Positions 40,383 to 50,364 are shown, numbered from the whole stretch's first letter. The stretch: 62,534 bases of DNA, filler included, from a candidate division TA06 bacterium SM23_40 (GCA_001303705.1; 6 parts of 6 records of this genome joined end to end with filler, not necessarily neighbours in it); one strand, 5' to 3'. Notes: generated by a model from the letters alone, not told the origin. A program made the numbers and translations.

Positions 40383-41279
40383 GTGGAGGATATGAACGGA
40401 ATGAAGGAGAAAGATAATCGGAAGAGCGTAAGGATGAGGCACGTCTTCGCCGTGTCCGATGGCACGGGCGCGACGATCGAGACGGTAGTCAAGGCCGCCC
40501 TCAAGCAGTTCGAACCGACGAAAGTCGAGCTCCGTCGAATTCCCAATGTGAGGACATCTCAGCAGGTCGAGGAGCTGGTCGACGATGCCGCGAAATTGGA
40601 CGGCATCATCATTTACACCATGGTGTCGCCGAAACTGCGGAGGAAGGTGACCGAGGACGGGATGAAGAACGGCGTACCTACCGTTGATGTCTTCGGCCCG
40701 ATCCTGACCAGATTGTCCGATCTTCTCGAGCTGTCGCCGATGGCGAAACCGGGCATCTTCCGTCAGCTCGATGAGGAGTATTTCAGGAGGATCGAGGCCG
40801 TCGACTATACCGTCAAGCACGACGACGGCGGCGACCCGGCCGGACTCGACAAAGCAGAGATCATCCTTGTCGGTGTCTCCCGGACATCAAAGACGCCGGT
40901 GGCCATTTACCTGGCCTACCGCGGCTGGAAGGTGGCGAATATTCCGATAATCCTCGGGATCAAGCCGCCCCGGGAGCTGTTCGAGGTCGACAGTAAGAAA
41001 GTAGTCGGGATGACCATCACGGCGGACAGACTGACAACACTCCGGTCCGTGCGTGTCCAGTACCTCGACCGGTCGCAGTTCATCCAGTATACCGATCCCG
41101 CGGCCATCAGAGAAGAACTGCGGCTTGCGGAACAGCTCTTCGCCAAACAGGAGTGGCCTGTCGTCGATGTCAGTCACAAGTCGATCGAGGAGACCGCGAC
41201 TCAGGTGATGAGGATTACCTACGGTAGATCGGGGGTGAGCAAGGGGGAGATCCCGGTGGAGGAAGGGACGGAACCATAG
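40383..41279 (+). CDS. PPDK/PEPS regulatory kinase-pyrophosphorylase (DUF299 family)
   Basis: VSDGTG.T, YFRRIEAVDY..KHDDG, GVSRTSKTP, SIEETA, adjacent to ppdK. Confidence 0.93.
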   Translation: MEDMNGMKEKDNRKSVRMRHVFAVSDGTGATIETVVKAALKQFEPTKVELRRIPNVRTSQQVEELVDDAAKLDGIIIYTMVSPKLRRKVTEDGMKNGVPTVDVFGPILTRLSDLLELSPMAKPGIFRQLDEEYFRRIEAVDYTVKHDDGGDPAGLDKAEIILVGVSRTSKTPVAIYLAYRGWKVANIPIILGIKPPRELFEVDSKKVVGMTITADRLTTLRSVRVQYLDRSQFIQYTDPAAIREELRLAEQLFAKQEWPVVDVSHKSIEETATQVMRITYGRSGVSKGEIPVEEGTEP

Positions 41280-41356
41280 GCGGCGGAGACGGCCTGGCCG
41301 GCTGGGAGTCGATTCATCCGTTTGGCCGGGATTCTTACGGGATGTTCAGGGGATTC

Positions 41357-42358
41357 TCAGGGGATGGTGAGCACGCCTGCGCCGTTGATCCTGCTCGCCT
41401 TCAGCAATTCGAGCGCTCGATTGGCATCATGAAGGGGGAAGCGCTCGATTTCCGTTTCGATCGGTATCTCGCCTGCCAGCCGCAGCAGTTCCTCGCCGTC
41501 CTGCCTCGTCGCAGCCGTAACGCTCCGCACCGTCCGCTCATAATATAGATGTTCGGTATAGTTGAGAGCGGGGACGGGGGTCGAGTAGATCCCGGCGAGG
41601 GCGAGAGTACCTCCTCTCTCGAGAACGCGGAGCGCATCGAGCACCAGTTCTCCTGCAGGCGCGAAGATGATGGCGCTGTCGAGTTTTTCGGGCGGCGTCA
41701 TCTCGGCTCGGCCCACCCATGTGGCCCCCAGGGAGCGTGCCAGGTCCTGGTGAGCGGGGCTGCGCGTGAAGACATAGACCTCGCATCTCCAGTGAACGGC
41801 CACCTGGATCGCGACATGAGCTGAGGCACCGAACCCGTACAGGCCGAGCCGGCTGCCGGGCTGAATCTCAGAGAGGCGAAGCGCCCTGAATCCGATGATT
41901 CCGGCACAGAGGAGAGGCGCTGCCTGCTCGTCGGCGAAACCATCTGGCAGCCGATAGGCAAATGCCTCCTTCGCTACGGTATACTCGGCATACCCGCCGT
42001 CCACATCGTACCCCGTGAATCTCGCATCCGGGCAGAGATTCTCCCTGCCCGACAGACAGAATCGGCACTTGCCGCATGTGGAGGCGAGCCAGGCAAGTCC
42101 CACCCGATCTCCCTCGCTGAACCGGGTCGTCCCCTTCCCTCTCTTCTCGACAGTGCCGACAACCTGGTGCCCGATGACGAGCGGCCGTCCGAGCAGAGGC
42201 AGTTCGCCCTCGACAGTATGGAGGTCCGTATGACAGATGCCGCAGACGTGCACGCGTACCTGCACCTCGCCGACGCCCGGTTCGGGCGCTGGAAGATCGA
42301 CGAGCTGGAGCGGATGCTCGCCGATGGGCCGTGGCTGTTCAAGGATCATAGCCTTCAT
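41357..42358 (-). CDS. Zinc-dependent alcohol dehydrogenase (propanol-preferring family)
   Basis: CGICHTDLH, GHQVVG, CGKCRFC..C, GLYGFGASAH. Confidence 0.92.
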   Translation of the reverse strand: MKAMILEQPRPIGEHPLQLVDLPAPEPGVGEVQVRVHVCGICHTDLHTVEGELPLLGRPLVIGHQVVGTVEKRGKGTTRFSEGDRVGLAWLASTCGKCRFCLSGRENLCPDARFTGYDVDGGYAEYTVAKEAFAYRLPDGFADEQAAPLLCAGIIGFRALRLSEIQPGSRLGLYGFGASAHVAIQVAVHWRCEVYVFTRSPAHQDLARSLGATWVGRAEMTPPEKLDSAIIFAPAGELVLDALRVLERGGTLALAGIYSTPVPALNYTEHLYYERTVRSVTAATRQDGEELLRLAGEIPIETEIERFPLHDANRALELLKASRINGAGVLTIP

Positions 42359-42429
42359 GGAGAGTCTTCCCTCTCTACGGTTCATCGAGTCCCTGTTATC
42401 GTGGCTTGGTCGCCGCTGTCGAGCCCGTT

Positions 42430-42566
42430 GTGGCCCGATGACAGTGCGGTGTAGGGCCCAATGAGACTGCGGTGCAGGGCGCGATGAGAGTGCGGTGCAG
42501 GGCCCGGTGACGGTACGGTGCAGGGCCCGATGAGAGTGCGGTGCCGGGCCCGATGACAGTACGGTC
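42430..42566. repeat. 23-bp tandem repeat, 6 units (AGGGCCCGATGASAGTRCGGTGC)
   Basis: GGCSCRRTG at 42432, 42455, 42478, 42501, 42524, 42547. Confidence 0.9.
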
Positions 42567-42656
42567 GAGGAGCCTCGATGAACCAGCCGGAGGGTCCGGG
42601 GGCAGGGAAAGGGATTCCTCGCGTCACGTTCCCGATGCCCGGGAACGACGTGCGAG

Positions 42657-44294
42657 CTACTCCGGGCCGGGGCCCGCCGACACCGGGGTCCCGTCGCCGT
42701 ACACGAACGTGCGGTATGTCTTTTCGATCCGGTCCCAGTTCTCTTCGCGGTCGAGCGCCCAGAACCTCCCGATTACCGATACCACCATCCCCGTTCCGAT
42801 TCGCTGGGCCTCGCGCTCAACCTTCTCGATGTACCGGGCCCCGCTCTCAGGACGTTCCCCGCGGCGGCCCAGCATCGCATGGATGTATACCTCATCAGGG
42901 CCGTTCCGTTTGGCCAAGTCGAGGAGGGCCAGCAGATGATCGACTGAACCGTGTGAGCTGAAGAAGGAGACGATTCCGAGCAGGTGGAGGGGCCTGCCAC
43001 CCCGCTTCGCCTCGTCCATCGCCCAGAGAAAGGCCTCGTTCCGGAAGAACGAGCCATCCTCGATTGCTCTGTCGACCCGGACACGATCTGAATAGATCCG
43101 CCTGCCCGCGCCGATGTGCATGTGGCCGGCCTCAGAATTCCCGACCGTTCCATCGGGCAGGCCGACGGCCACCCCCGCTGCCTGGAGTGTTGTGGCCGGG
43201 TAGGTGGACGTGAGCCCATCCATGACCGGCGTGTCAGCCTGCGCGATGAGATCTCCCTTCGATCCGTCGCCCACGCCCCATCCGTCGAGGATGACGAGCA
43301 GGATGCGCCGCCTCGTATCGGGTGGTCGATTGACCGACCCCACAAGGAGCATGCGTCCTGTCATTACGTCGGGTTTCGCGAGGCCGAGGAGTTCGAGAAT
43401 CGTAGGTGCAATGTCAGTAAGCTCCCCGTCCGTCCGGCACCTCACCTCGCCTCCACCAGGGATCGCGGGATCTATGCAGATGAACGGGACCGGGCTTGTC
43501 GTGTGGCCGGTGTCGACAGCACCTTCCGGATAGAGCCACCTCTCGACCGTGCCGTGATCTGACGTGACGATGGTCGTCACGCCGGTCGCCAGGGCCGCCT
43601 CGACCACTACCCCGAGCTGGCTGTCGACGGTCTCGACCGCTTCCTTGATCGCAGCAGTATTCTCGATGTGTCCGACGACATCCACGTTGGCGAAGTTAGC
43701 GATGATGACGTCGTAGGCGGGATCGGCGAGTTTCTCCACGACAGCCGCCCGCACGTCAGCCGCGCTCATCTCCGGCTTCTCGTCATAGGTGCCGACGTCC
43801 CTGGGTGACGGGATGATGATGCGCTCCTCTCCCGGCACTGGATCCTGGCACCTGCCATTGAGGAAATAGCTGACGTGGATCGCCTTCTCCGACTCACAGA
43901 TTTTGATCTGGCGGAGGCCATTAGCTGCCAGCACGTCGCTCATAGTCTTCTCGATCTCTCCCACAGGCGGAAAGGCGACGCGTACCGCCAGCTTCGGATC
44001 GTATCCGATCATCGTCACGAATCTCAGTCCCAGATCGGGCTCAACAGGGAAGAGATCAAAACGGGGCTCCGTCAGACTCTGCGTCAGTTCGACCTCGCGT
44101 TCGCCGCGGAGATCGTAGAAGATGACGGAATCTCCATGTCCGATCCGCCCCACCGGGGTCCTGTGTCGGTCGACGAGGACGATGGGCTCCAGGGCCTCGT
44201 CCTCCTCGCCGGCGCGGTACGCCCGGCGCACGGCGTCGGCCATCGGCGTGGGACGGCCTCTGGTATCTCCTTCTTGGTCGGGTTGGTTCTCCAT
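42657..44294 (-). CDS. gpmI: 2,3-BPG-independent phosphoglycerate mutase, circularly permuted
   Basis: Contains NFANVDVVGH, TSDHG and TGHTTSPVP first, then the normally N-terminal LVILDGWG, GNSEAGH and GRFWALDR. Start chosen from the GGAG RBS before MENQ. Confidence 0.85.
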   Translation of the reverse strand: MENQPDQEGDTRGRPTPMADAVRRAYRAGEEDEALEPIVLVDRHRTPVGRIGHGDSVIFYDLRGEREVELTQSLTEPRFDLFPVEPDLGLRFVTMIGYDPKLAVRVAFPPVGEIEKTMSDVLAANGLRQIKICESEKAIHVSYFLNGRCQDPVPGEERIIIPSPRDVGTYDEKPEMSAADVRAAVVEKLADPAYDVIIANFANVDVVGHIENTAAIKEAVETVDSQLGVVVEAALATGVTTIVTSDHGTVERWLYPEGAVDTGHTTSPVPFICIDPAIPGGGEVRCRTDGELTDIAPTILELLGLAKPDVMTGRMLLVGSVNRPPDTRRRILLVILDGWGVGDGSKGDLIAQADTPVMDGLTSTYPATTLQAAGVAVGLPDGTVGNSEAGHMHIGAGRRIYSDRVRVDRAIEDGSFFRNEAFLWAMDEAKRGGRPLHLLGIVSFFSSHGSVDHLLALLDLAKRNGPDEVYIHAMLGRRGERPESGARYIEKVEREAQRIGTGMVVSVIGRFWALDREENWDRIEKTYRTFVYGDGTPVSAGPGPE

Positions 44295-44548
44295 TATCGT
44301 CTCCGGGTGTTCCTCTGTCATTTTGTCGTCACTCACCAAGCTGCGACTCTGATGCTGCCTGGTGGTTGGATATCTGTCGGTCAATATACCCTTAGCGCTT
44401 TCTCGAGGCAACCGAATTCTTGTTGGTGCAGTGCAGGCAATGGTCTCCTGGCAGTACCTCCTCAGATCCCGAGATTCCTGGAGCGGCGGGGGCCGAGCGG
44501 TCGGGGGCCCCGAACTGAGCCAGGATCCCACCTTCGGAGAGAATTGAC

Positions 44549-44613
44549 TTGACACGGGTTTCACTCTAGCATATATTTTCAACAGACGCTGAAAATTAGC
44601 AGAAGGGTGAAAC
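44549..44613 (+). promoter_or_regulatory. Sigma-70 promoter overlapped by a 24-bp-arm inverted repeat (putative AbiEi operator)
   Basis: TTGACA(44549)-17-TATATT(44572); GTTTCACTCT-7-ATTTTCA-8-TGAAAAT-7-AGGGTGAAAC. Confidence 0.75.
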
Positions 44614-44617
44614 GGTC

Positions 44618-45611
44618 ATGAAAAACAACGAATTACTCAGGCGCAGCTTGGATGTTCTACAGAGGCTCATTAGCACTGTTCCTTCGATCTCCGCGATCGC
44701 TGAGCCGAAGCTCAGGCCATCCGGGAGAGCGGGGCCGGATATGATTTGGGACATGGTGGCGGGCGGGAAGCCTGTCACAATCCTGGCGCAAATAGTCCCG
44801 CTAGGACAGCCGAGATACCTGCGGAGTGCCGCTGAGCTGATGCGTCGCTGGGTGAAGGGGGCCCATCCGAAGGCGGCGTACGGGCTTGTGGTTGCGCGTT
44901 TCATCAGTGATGAGGGCGCTAGTATCCTGACAGATGCGGGCATAGGGTATGTAGATCTAGCTGGGAACTGTCTCATTTCGGTGAACAATGTCTATGTCGA
45001 ACGGCGGACAGGTCCAAACCCGTTGCCGAGCACTCGCCAAATCAAAAGCCTCTTCTTTCCTAAGGCGAGTCGCATTTTGCGTGTGCTGCTCTGTAATCCG
45101 ACCCGGATGTGGCGTGTCACAGAACTCGCCGAGGAGGCCAGGGTGAGTCTCGGGCAGACGTATAATGTGAAGAGGAAGCTGATCGATTATGAGCTGTTGA
45201 CGCTAGATCAGTCACGCAGGTTGAAGCTGGCCAATCCCTCCGCACTTCTCGATCGCTGGCGCGAGAACTACACGTTTCGCAACAATGTTATTGCGGATTT
45301 CTACTCCATGGAGCGCCCCGAACAGATTGAGGAGTCAGTCCGGAAGTGGCTTGATCGCCAACACTTGAGATATGCTTTCACCCTATTCTCAGGAGCAAGG
45401 AGAGTGGCTCCATTCGTTAGGCAGGCGCGCGTCGCTCTGTATGTCGATACTGATGTGTTTGAGGTTGCAGCGGCTTGCGGGTTCAGCCGTCCAGCGTCCT
45501 CACGGAGCCTCAGTCGTCAGCGATATACAACTATACCTGGATCTGTATAGCTACAGAGGACGAGGAGCAGAACAGGCCGAGTTTCTGAGATACCAGCGCA
45601 TCGGTTTCTAG
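44618..45611 (+). pseudogene. AbiEi-like type IV antitoxin/regulator, frameshifted near the C-terminus
   Basis: GYVDLAGNC, KASRILRVLL, ELAEEARVSLG HTH. The conserved tail VSDIQLYLDL..RGRG.EQA lies in another frame after ~45490. Confidence 0.72.
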
Positions 45612-45620
45612 GAGTGCACA

Positions 45621-46472
45621 ATGCCTGTACAGAGTGACTACACCATGGACGAGGTAGGGGCATGCCGGTCTGTCATTCTGGAGATCGCGTCATGCCTGGG
45701 CGCTTACAGGGATCACATGGTTCTGGTCGGTGGTTGGGCCCCCTACTTTCTCCTCCAGAGACATCGCGAGACGAACCACTGTGGAAGCCTCGACGTGGAC
45801 ATAGCCCTCGACTCCAACGCCATTCCCGCAGATGCCTATCAGAGTATTCTAAGCACCCTTCAGGAACGAGGCTTCGAGCCGAGAAGGGACGTCAAAGGAA
45901 ATGTCATTCCCTCGAGCTTTCTTCGGACTTTCACTGGCACGGAGGGACGAGAGCACGTTGTGCAAGTGGATTTTCTCGCGCCCGAATACGGTGGCACGGG
46001 AAAGAACAGGAGGCATCAAAGGGTACAGGATCTGCTCGCGCGGAAGTGTCGTGGCAGTGACCTCGTCTTTGACATGAATCAGGCAATCACGTTGCGAGAC
46101 CGTCTGCCAAATGGTGCATGGAATGAGGCCGAGATTAAGGTAGCTGATGTGGGAGCGGTACTGGCCATGAAAGGCTTCGCATTCTTCGACCGAAGCAGCG
46201 AGAAAGATGCATACGACATCTACATGCTCTGTCGTGAGTACGGAACCGGCCCAGATGATGTGGCTGAGGCGGTCATTCCGAGGTCCAGTAACAGACTCAT
46301 CAGGGAGGGATTGTCGAAGATCAGTGACAAATTCTCAGCTCATGATGCGGTTGGCCCAGTGGCAGTCGCCGACTTTCTCGAAGAAATCGATAGAGAGGAA
46401 CGAGAGCGCATCGCACGGGACGCCTACGAAGTGATTGATTACGTCCTCAAGCGGATCTACCCGGAGGCATGA
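45621..46472 (+). CDS. Nucleotidyltransferase, AbiEii-like toxin
   Basis: LVGGWAP, SLDVDIAL, VDFL, MK..A..DR..EKDAYDIY, directly downstream of the AbiEi-like gene. Confidence 0.78.
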   Translation: MPVQSDYTMDEVGACRSVILEIASCLGAYRDHMVLVGGWAPYFLLQRHRETNHCGSLDVDIALDSNAIPADAYQSILSTLQERGFEPRRDVKGNVIPSSFLRTFTGTEGREHVVQVDFLAPEYGGTGKNRRHQRVQDLLARKCRGSDLVFDMNQAITLRDRLPNGAWNEAEIKVADVGAVLAMKGFAFFDRSSEKDAYDIYMLCREYGTGPDDVAEAVIPRSSNRLIREGLSKISDKFSAHDAVGPVAVADFLEEIDREERERIARDAYEVIDYVLKRIYPEA

Positions 46473-46920
46473 GACGTTATCCACATGCTGAAAGGCTCCT
46501 GATAGCATAGAGCAGCTGTGGTTCACAATGTGAGGCTGGCGTTCCTGGAGGGGATGGGTGCCGATCCTTGGTCTTCTGACGTGGCCTGGAACAGACTCCA
46601 ACGAGAATTTCACAATTCTACTCAGCAGATCTCAGATTCACCTCAGAGGCAGCAGTTACTTGGTGTGAGGAACACGGGAATGCAGAGAGATTTGCTGAGG
46701 TGGTGGCTCCCTTTCTATGGCGAAGATTCGGCTGTCGAGGATTATCTCCCGGCGCGGGGAAGATGCCCGAAGGCGAAGCGTCAGTGATTCCTTCAACGGT
46801 GAGCGTGGAGCATCCTGGAGCCGTGTCTCACCGTTCTCAATGGTGGACGTCTCTTTTGACCTTGACATGCAGGTTCTGAGGTGCGAAAGTGCAAGAACAT
46901 TTGAACGCCGGCCCCCGCGT

Positions 46921-47070
46921 GTGACCCGCATGTGAGGGGCGTGTGACCCGTACGTGACGGGCGTGTGACCTAGACGTGACCCGCGTGTGATCCGTTCGTG
47001 ACGGGCGTGTGATTCGCACATGACCAGCGCGTGCCGCGCATCTGACCCGCGTGTGGCCTGCACGTGAGAG
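46921..47070. repeat. 11-bp phased repeat (~14 units, GTGAnnnGCRY-like) in the hutH leader
   Basis: GTGACCCGCAT GTGAGGGGCGT GTGACCCGTAC GTGACGGGCGT ... with constant 11-nt period. Confidence 0.85.
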
Positions 47071-47165
47071 GAGCGTGGCCTTTCGAAACGAGTTCTGACT
47101 GGAGCAATCCAGGGAGATGGACCGGCTGCGGCCGGCTGGCACATACGTGAAATGGAGGATGAGAT

Positions 47166-48692
47166 ATGCCAGTGACTCTCGACGGGAAGAACCTCACTAT
47201 CGAGGATGTGGAGCGGGTTGCCCGACACAACGAGACGGTGACCATTCCTGATGCCGTCATGGAGGATATTCAGGCGTGCCGCGAGATCGTCGATAGAAAG
47301 GTCGAGGCGCGCGAGATAATGTACGGCGTGACGACCGGCATCGGAGAGCTGTCTGAGGTAGTCCTGACGCCTGAGCAGACCAAGATGTTCCAGAAGTACC
47401 TCATCTACAGTCATGCTGCCGGGTGTGGGAAGCCTCTCCCGGTGGATGTAGTGCGGGCGGCGATCGCGAGCAGAATAAACGTCCTGTGCAAAGGCCGTTC
47501 GGGGTTGCGGCCGGTTGTCGTCGAGACACTCGTCCAGATGCTCAATCGCGGAGTGACGCCGGTTGTCTGCGAGAAGGGTTCGGTGGGTGCGTGCGGTGAC
47601 CTTTCCCCTATGGCGCAGATGGCCCTCGTGCCGATGGGAGAAGGAGAGGCATTGTACAAGGGCGAGCGATTGAGCGGGAAGGAGGCGATGGAGAGGGCGG
47701 GGATCCCTACGATCGTGTACGAGGCTCGCGATGGGCTGGCCACTATCAATGGTTCGAACATGATCGCCGGGATGGGATCCCTCCAGCTCTGCGACGCCAT
47801 GCGCTGGGTGAAGACCTCGGAGATCACTGCCGGTGTGACCCTCGATGCGCTCAATGCGAACATGCTCGCATACGATGAACGTCTCCACACAGCGCGCGGC
47901 TATCCCGGCGCTGTCGTCTCCGCGAGGAATATCAGGAAGGTCGTCGACGGGGGCGATTTCCTCACACAGACGGGCAAGAAGGTGCAGGATGCCTACAGTC
48001 TGAGGAGCACGCCGCAGGTCGTGGGTGCGGCGCGCGACTCCTACGAGTTCTCGCGTCGGATGTTCGAGATCGAGCTCAACGGCGTGGGCGACAACCCGCT
48101 CTTCTTCCCTGATGAGGGCGGGATATGTATCACCGGCGCCAATTTCCAGGGGACGCCGCTCGCGTTCGCGCTCGAGATGCTGGGTACCGCGGTGACGACC
48201 ATTGCCACGCTATCGGAACGGCGCACGAACCGGCTCATGAACCCGCACCTGAGCATGGGACTCCCCGCTTTCCTCACCAAAGGGGCAGGCATGTTCGCCG
48301 GGCTCATGCTGACGCAGTATACCGCCGGGATGCTCGTCTGCGAGAACCGGATACTCAGCCATCCTGCGGCCACAGGTTCGATCCCCGCAGCAGCCGACCA
48401 GGAGGATTTCGTCAGCATGGGGATGACGACCGCGCTCAAGACGAGACAGATACTGGAGAACGCCAACGCAGTCCTGGCTATCGAGCTGATGGCAGGTGCT
48501 CAGGCACTCGACTTCAGGAAGCCGCTCAGGCCCGGGAGAGGCGTGCAGGCGGCATACGATGTTGTGCGCTCGCACGTCGATCATGTCGATGAGGATCGCC
48601 CGCTCTTCGACGATATCAATGCGCTCACCGAGGCCGTCAAGTCCGGTGAGGTCCTCCGAGCGGTGGAGGAGGCGATCGGTGCGCTGGAATAG
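47166..48692 (+). CDS. hutH: Histidine ammonia-lyase (MIO enzyme)
   Basis: YGVTTGIG, LIYSHAAG (His-specific SH), GSVGACGDL, VQDAYSLR..PQV, QEDFVSMG. Confidence 0.85.
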   Translation: MPVTLDGKNLTIEDVERVARHNETVTIPDAVMEDIQACREIVDRKVEAREIMYGVTTGIGELSEVVLTPEQTKMFQKYLIYSHAAGCGKPLPVDVVRAAIASRINVLCKGRSGLRPVVVETLVQMLNRGVTPVVCEKGSVGACGDLSPMAQMALVPMGEGEALYKGERLSGKEAMERAGIPTIVYEARDGLATINGSNMIAGMGSLQLCDAMRWVKTSEITAGVTLDALNANMLAYDERLHTARGYPGAVVSARNIRKVVDGGDFLTQTGKKVQDAYSLRSTPQVVGAARDSYEFSRRMFEIELNGVGDNPLFFPDEGGICITGANFQGTPLAFALEMLGTAVTTIATLSERRTNRLMNPHLSMGLPAFLTKGAGMFAGLMLTQYTAGMLVCENRILSHPAATGSIPAAADQEDFVSMGMTTALKTRQILENANAVLAIELMAGAQALDFRKPLRPGRGVQAAYDVVRSHVDHVDEDRPLFDDINALTEAVKSGEVLRAVEEAIGALE

Positions 48693-48878
48693 AGCGGAGT
48701 GCGCTCGTGCTGACCGGACCCGGCCGGTGCAGCTCACGATTGCGGATGAAGTGGGTGTTTCCGTCGAGATCCGGGCTCGGTTGCGCGAGACCCAAAGAAT
48801 CAGGTGAAAGGACGCTGAGTACTGGGTAGAGCTGAGGCGATCGATGTGCCTGGTAGAGCGTCTCAGGTCTTTATCTTC

Positions 48879-48907
48879 TTGACACATTTGCCGAATGGGT
48901 GTAGACT
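48879..48907 (+). promoter_or_regulatory. Sigma-70 promoter
   Basis: TTGACA-17-TAGACT. Confidence 0.7.
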
Positions 48908-49020
48908 CTCACGGTAGGCGTTGAGTTCCCGAGATTTCTGCCGGCCAGGGGCTGGCAGAGGGCGCCCGGTGGCCTCGGGAGCGGTTTGGCACTGAAACAG
49001 CTCAAAGGCAGGCTATTCGA

Positions 49021-49066
49021 GAGCGACACCGAGCGTCACAGCTGAGTGGTCGTTCTTTTGTTTTTT
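49021..49066 (+). terminator. Probable intrinsic terminator within the leader of the FG-GAP gene
   Basis: GAGCGAC...GTCGTTC imperfect stem followed by TTTTGTTTTTT. Confidence 0.55.
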
Positions 49067-49102
49067 GCAGCATGAACATCGCCCATCCCGAGGGCAGGTG
49101 AA

Positions 49103-49765
49103 GTGATGAGGATTCACAATGTCGTCTACATTTCAGGCCTGGTGTTCCTGGTGGCAGTTGGCTCCGCCATCAGGGCTGAGGTGCCGGAGTTGATGCTGAC
49201 GCTGACCAATGCGATCTATGGAGAGGAATACGGGTACCGGGTTGCGAACGTGGGAGATATGAACGGAGACGGAGACCCGGACCTGTTGGTGGGTGCTCTT
49301 CGCCCGATTTATAACGGGTTCGGGCGCGGATACCTGTACTTTGGGGGGGCAGCGTTCGATACGCTGGCAGATGTTGTCTTTGTGAGCGAGGAATGGAACG
49401 AATATTATGCGAGCGCGCTTGCTGGAGCAGGCGATCTGAATGGAGACGGGTACTCCGACATCATCATCGGGGCTCCTGCCAACAACATGGGCGGGAAGGC
49501 GTATATCTACTTCGGCGGCCCTGTTGTGGACAGCCTGCCGGATGTGGAGATCCACGGGAATGGTGGGTCCTTCGCCGGCAATCTGGCTGGTTGTGGGGAT
49601 GTGAATGTGGATGGGTATGATGACGTAGTCATCACTGCGTTTGACGCCGGGCCCGGGATGACCGGGGAGGCGTATGTCTACTTCGGCGGCTCGCCCATGG
49701 ATACGCTCGTGGATCTGTATCTGGACCCCGGAGGATCGCACGATGCGTTCGGCCTGGGTGTGTGC
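49103..49765 (+). CDS. Secreted FG-GAP (integrin alpha-like) repeat protein, truncated
   Basis: Repeated GD.NGDG..D...GA and GxAYxYFGG motifs, signal peptide. Confidence 0.88.
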
Positions 49766-49865
49766 NNNNNNNNNNNNNNNNNNNNNNNNNNNNNNNNNNN
49801 NNNNNNNNNTTAATTAATTAANNNNNNNNNNNNNNNNNNNNNNNNNNNNNNNNNNNNNNNNNNNN
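49766..49865. other. Artificial contig spacer
   Basis: N-TTAATTAATTAA-N. Confidence 0.98.
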
Positions 49866-50218
49866 CTCACATCCGGGGTGAGCACCTGTTGCGGAACGGC
49901 GATGGCGACACTCATGGTATCGATAGTGATCTCGAGCTGATAACTGCCATCTTTCATCCCGCGTGATGCTACTGAGAACGTGTACGTTTCATCCGATGCG
50001 ATGTCTACCGACTCCCCCGCGATCTCGAGACTCTGCGTGACATTGTTCGACACCCGGTACTGAAGTACCTGGTTCTCCGGCATCCGGTATTCGAGCATGA
50101 GGCCTGTCTCCAGATCTCCCCACGGCCCTTTGCGTGCGGCACACCCGCTCAGGACAGAAATGGCCAGAACCGCCATCACTACTGGTTGCCACGTCCGCCG
50201 GATCCTTCTCCGGATCAT
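49866..50218 (-). CDS. Putative lipoprotein (3' truncated)
   Basis: Basic N-terminus and lipobox VLSGC, GGAG RBS. Confidence 0.7.
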
Positions 50219-50364
50219 CTGCTCCCTCCTCTCCGTAGGTGCTGGACAATAGTCGTGACTCACCACACCGGCTCTGTGCGCCAGGCTCATCGCGGCGCGG
50301 CCGGATGTCTCTTACCACCCTCGGCACATTCCACGTCGCCGGCATCGCGCTCGCGCATGGGCGC

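Noticed and set aside
44295-44582. 96-aa N-terminal extension of gpmI in the ORF track
   Set aside because: Overlaps the divergent promoter and is not protein-like. An RBS supports a start at 44294.
46518-46787. Third gene of the AbiE module
   Set aside because: No RBS or recognisable motif. It may be a remnant but is unsupported.
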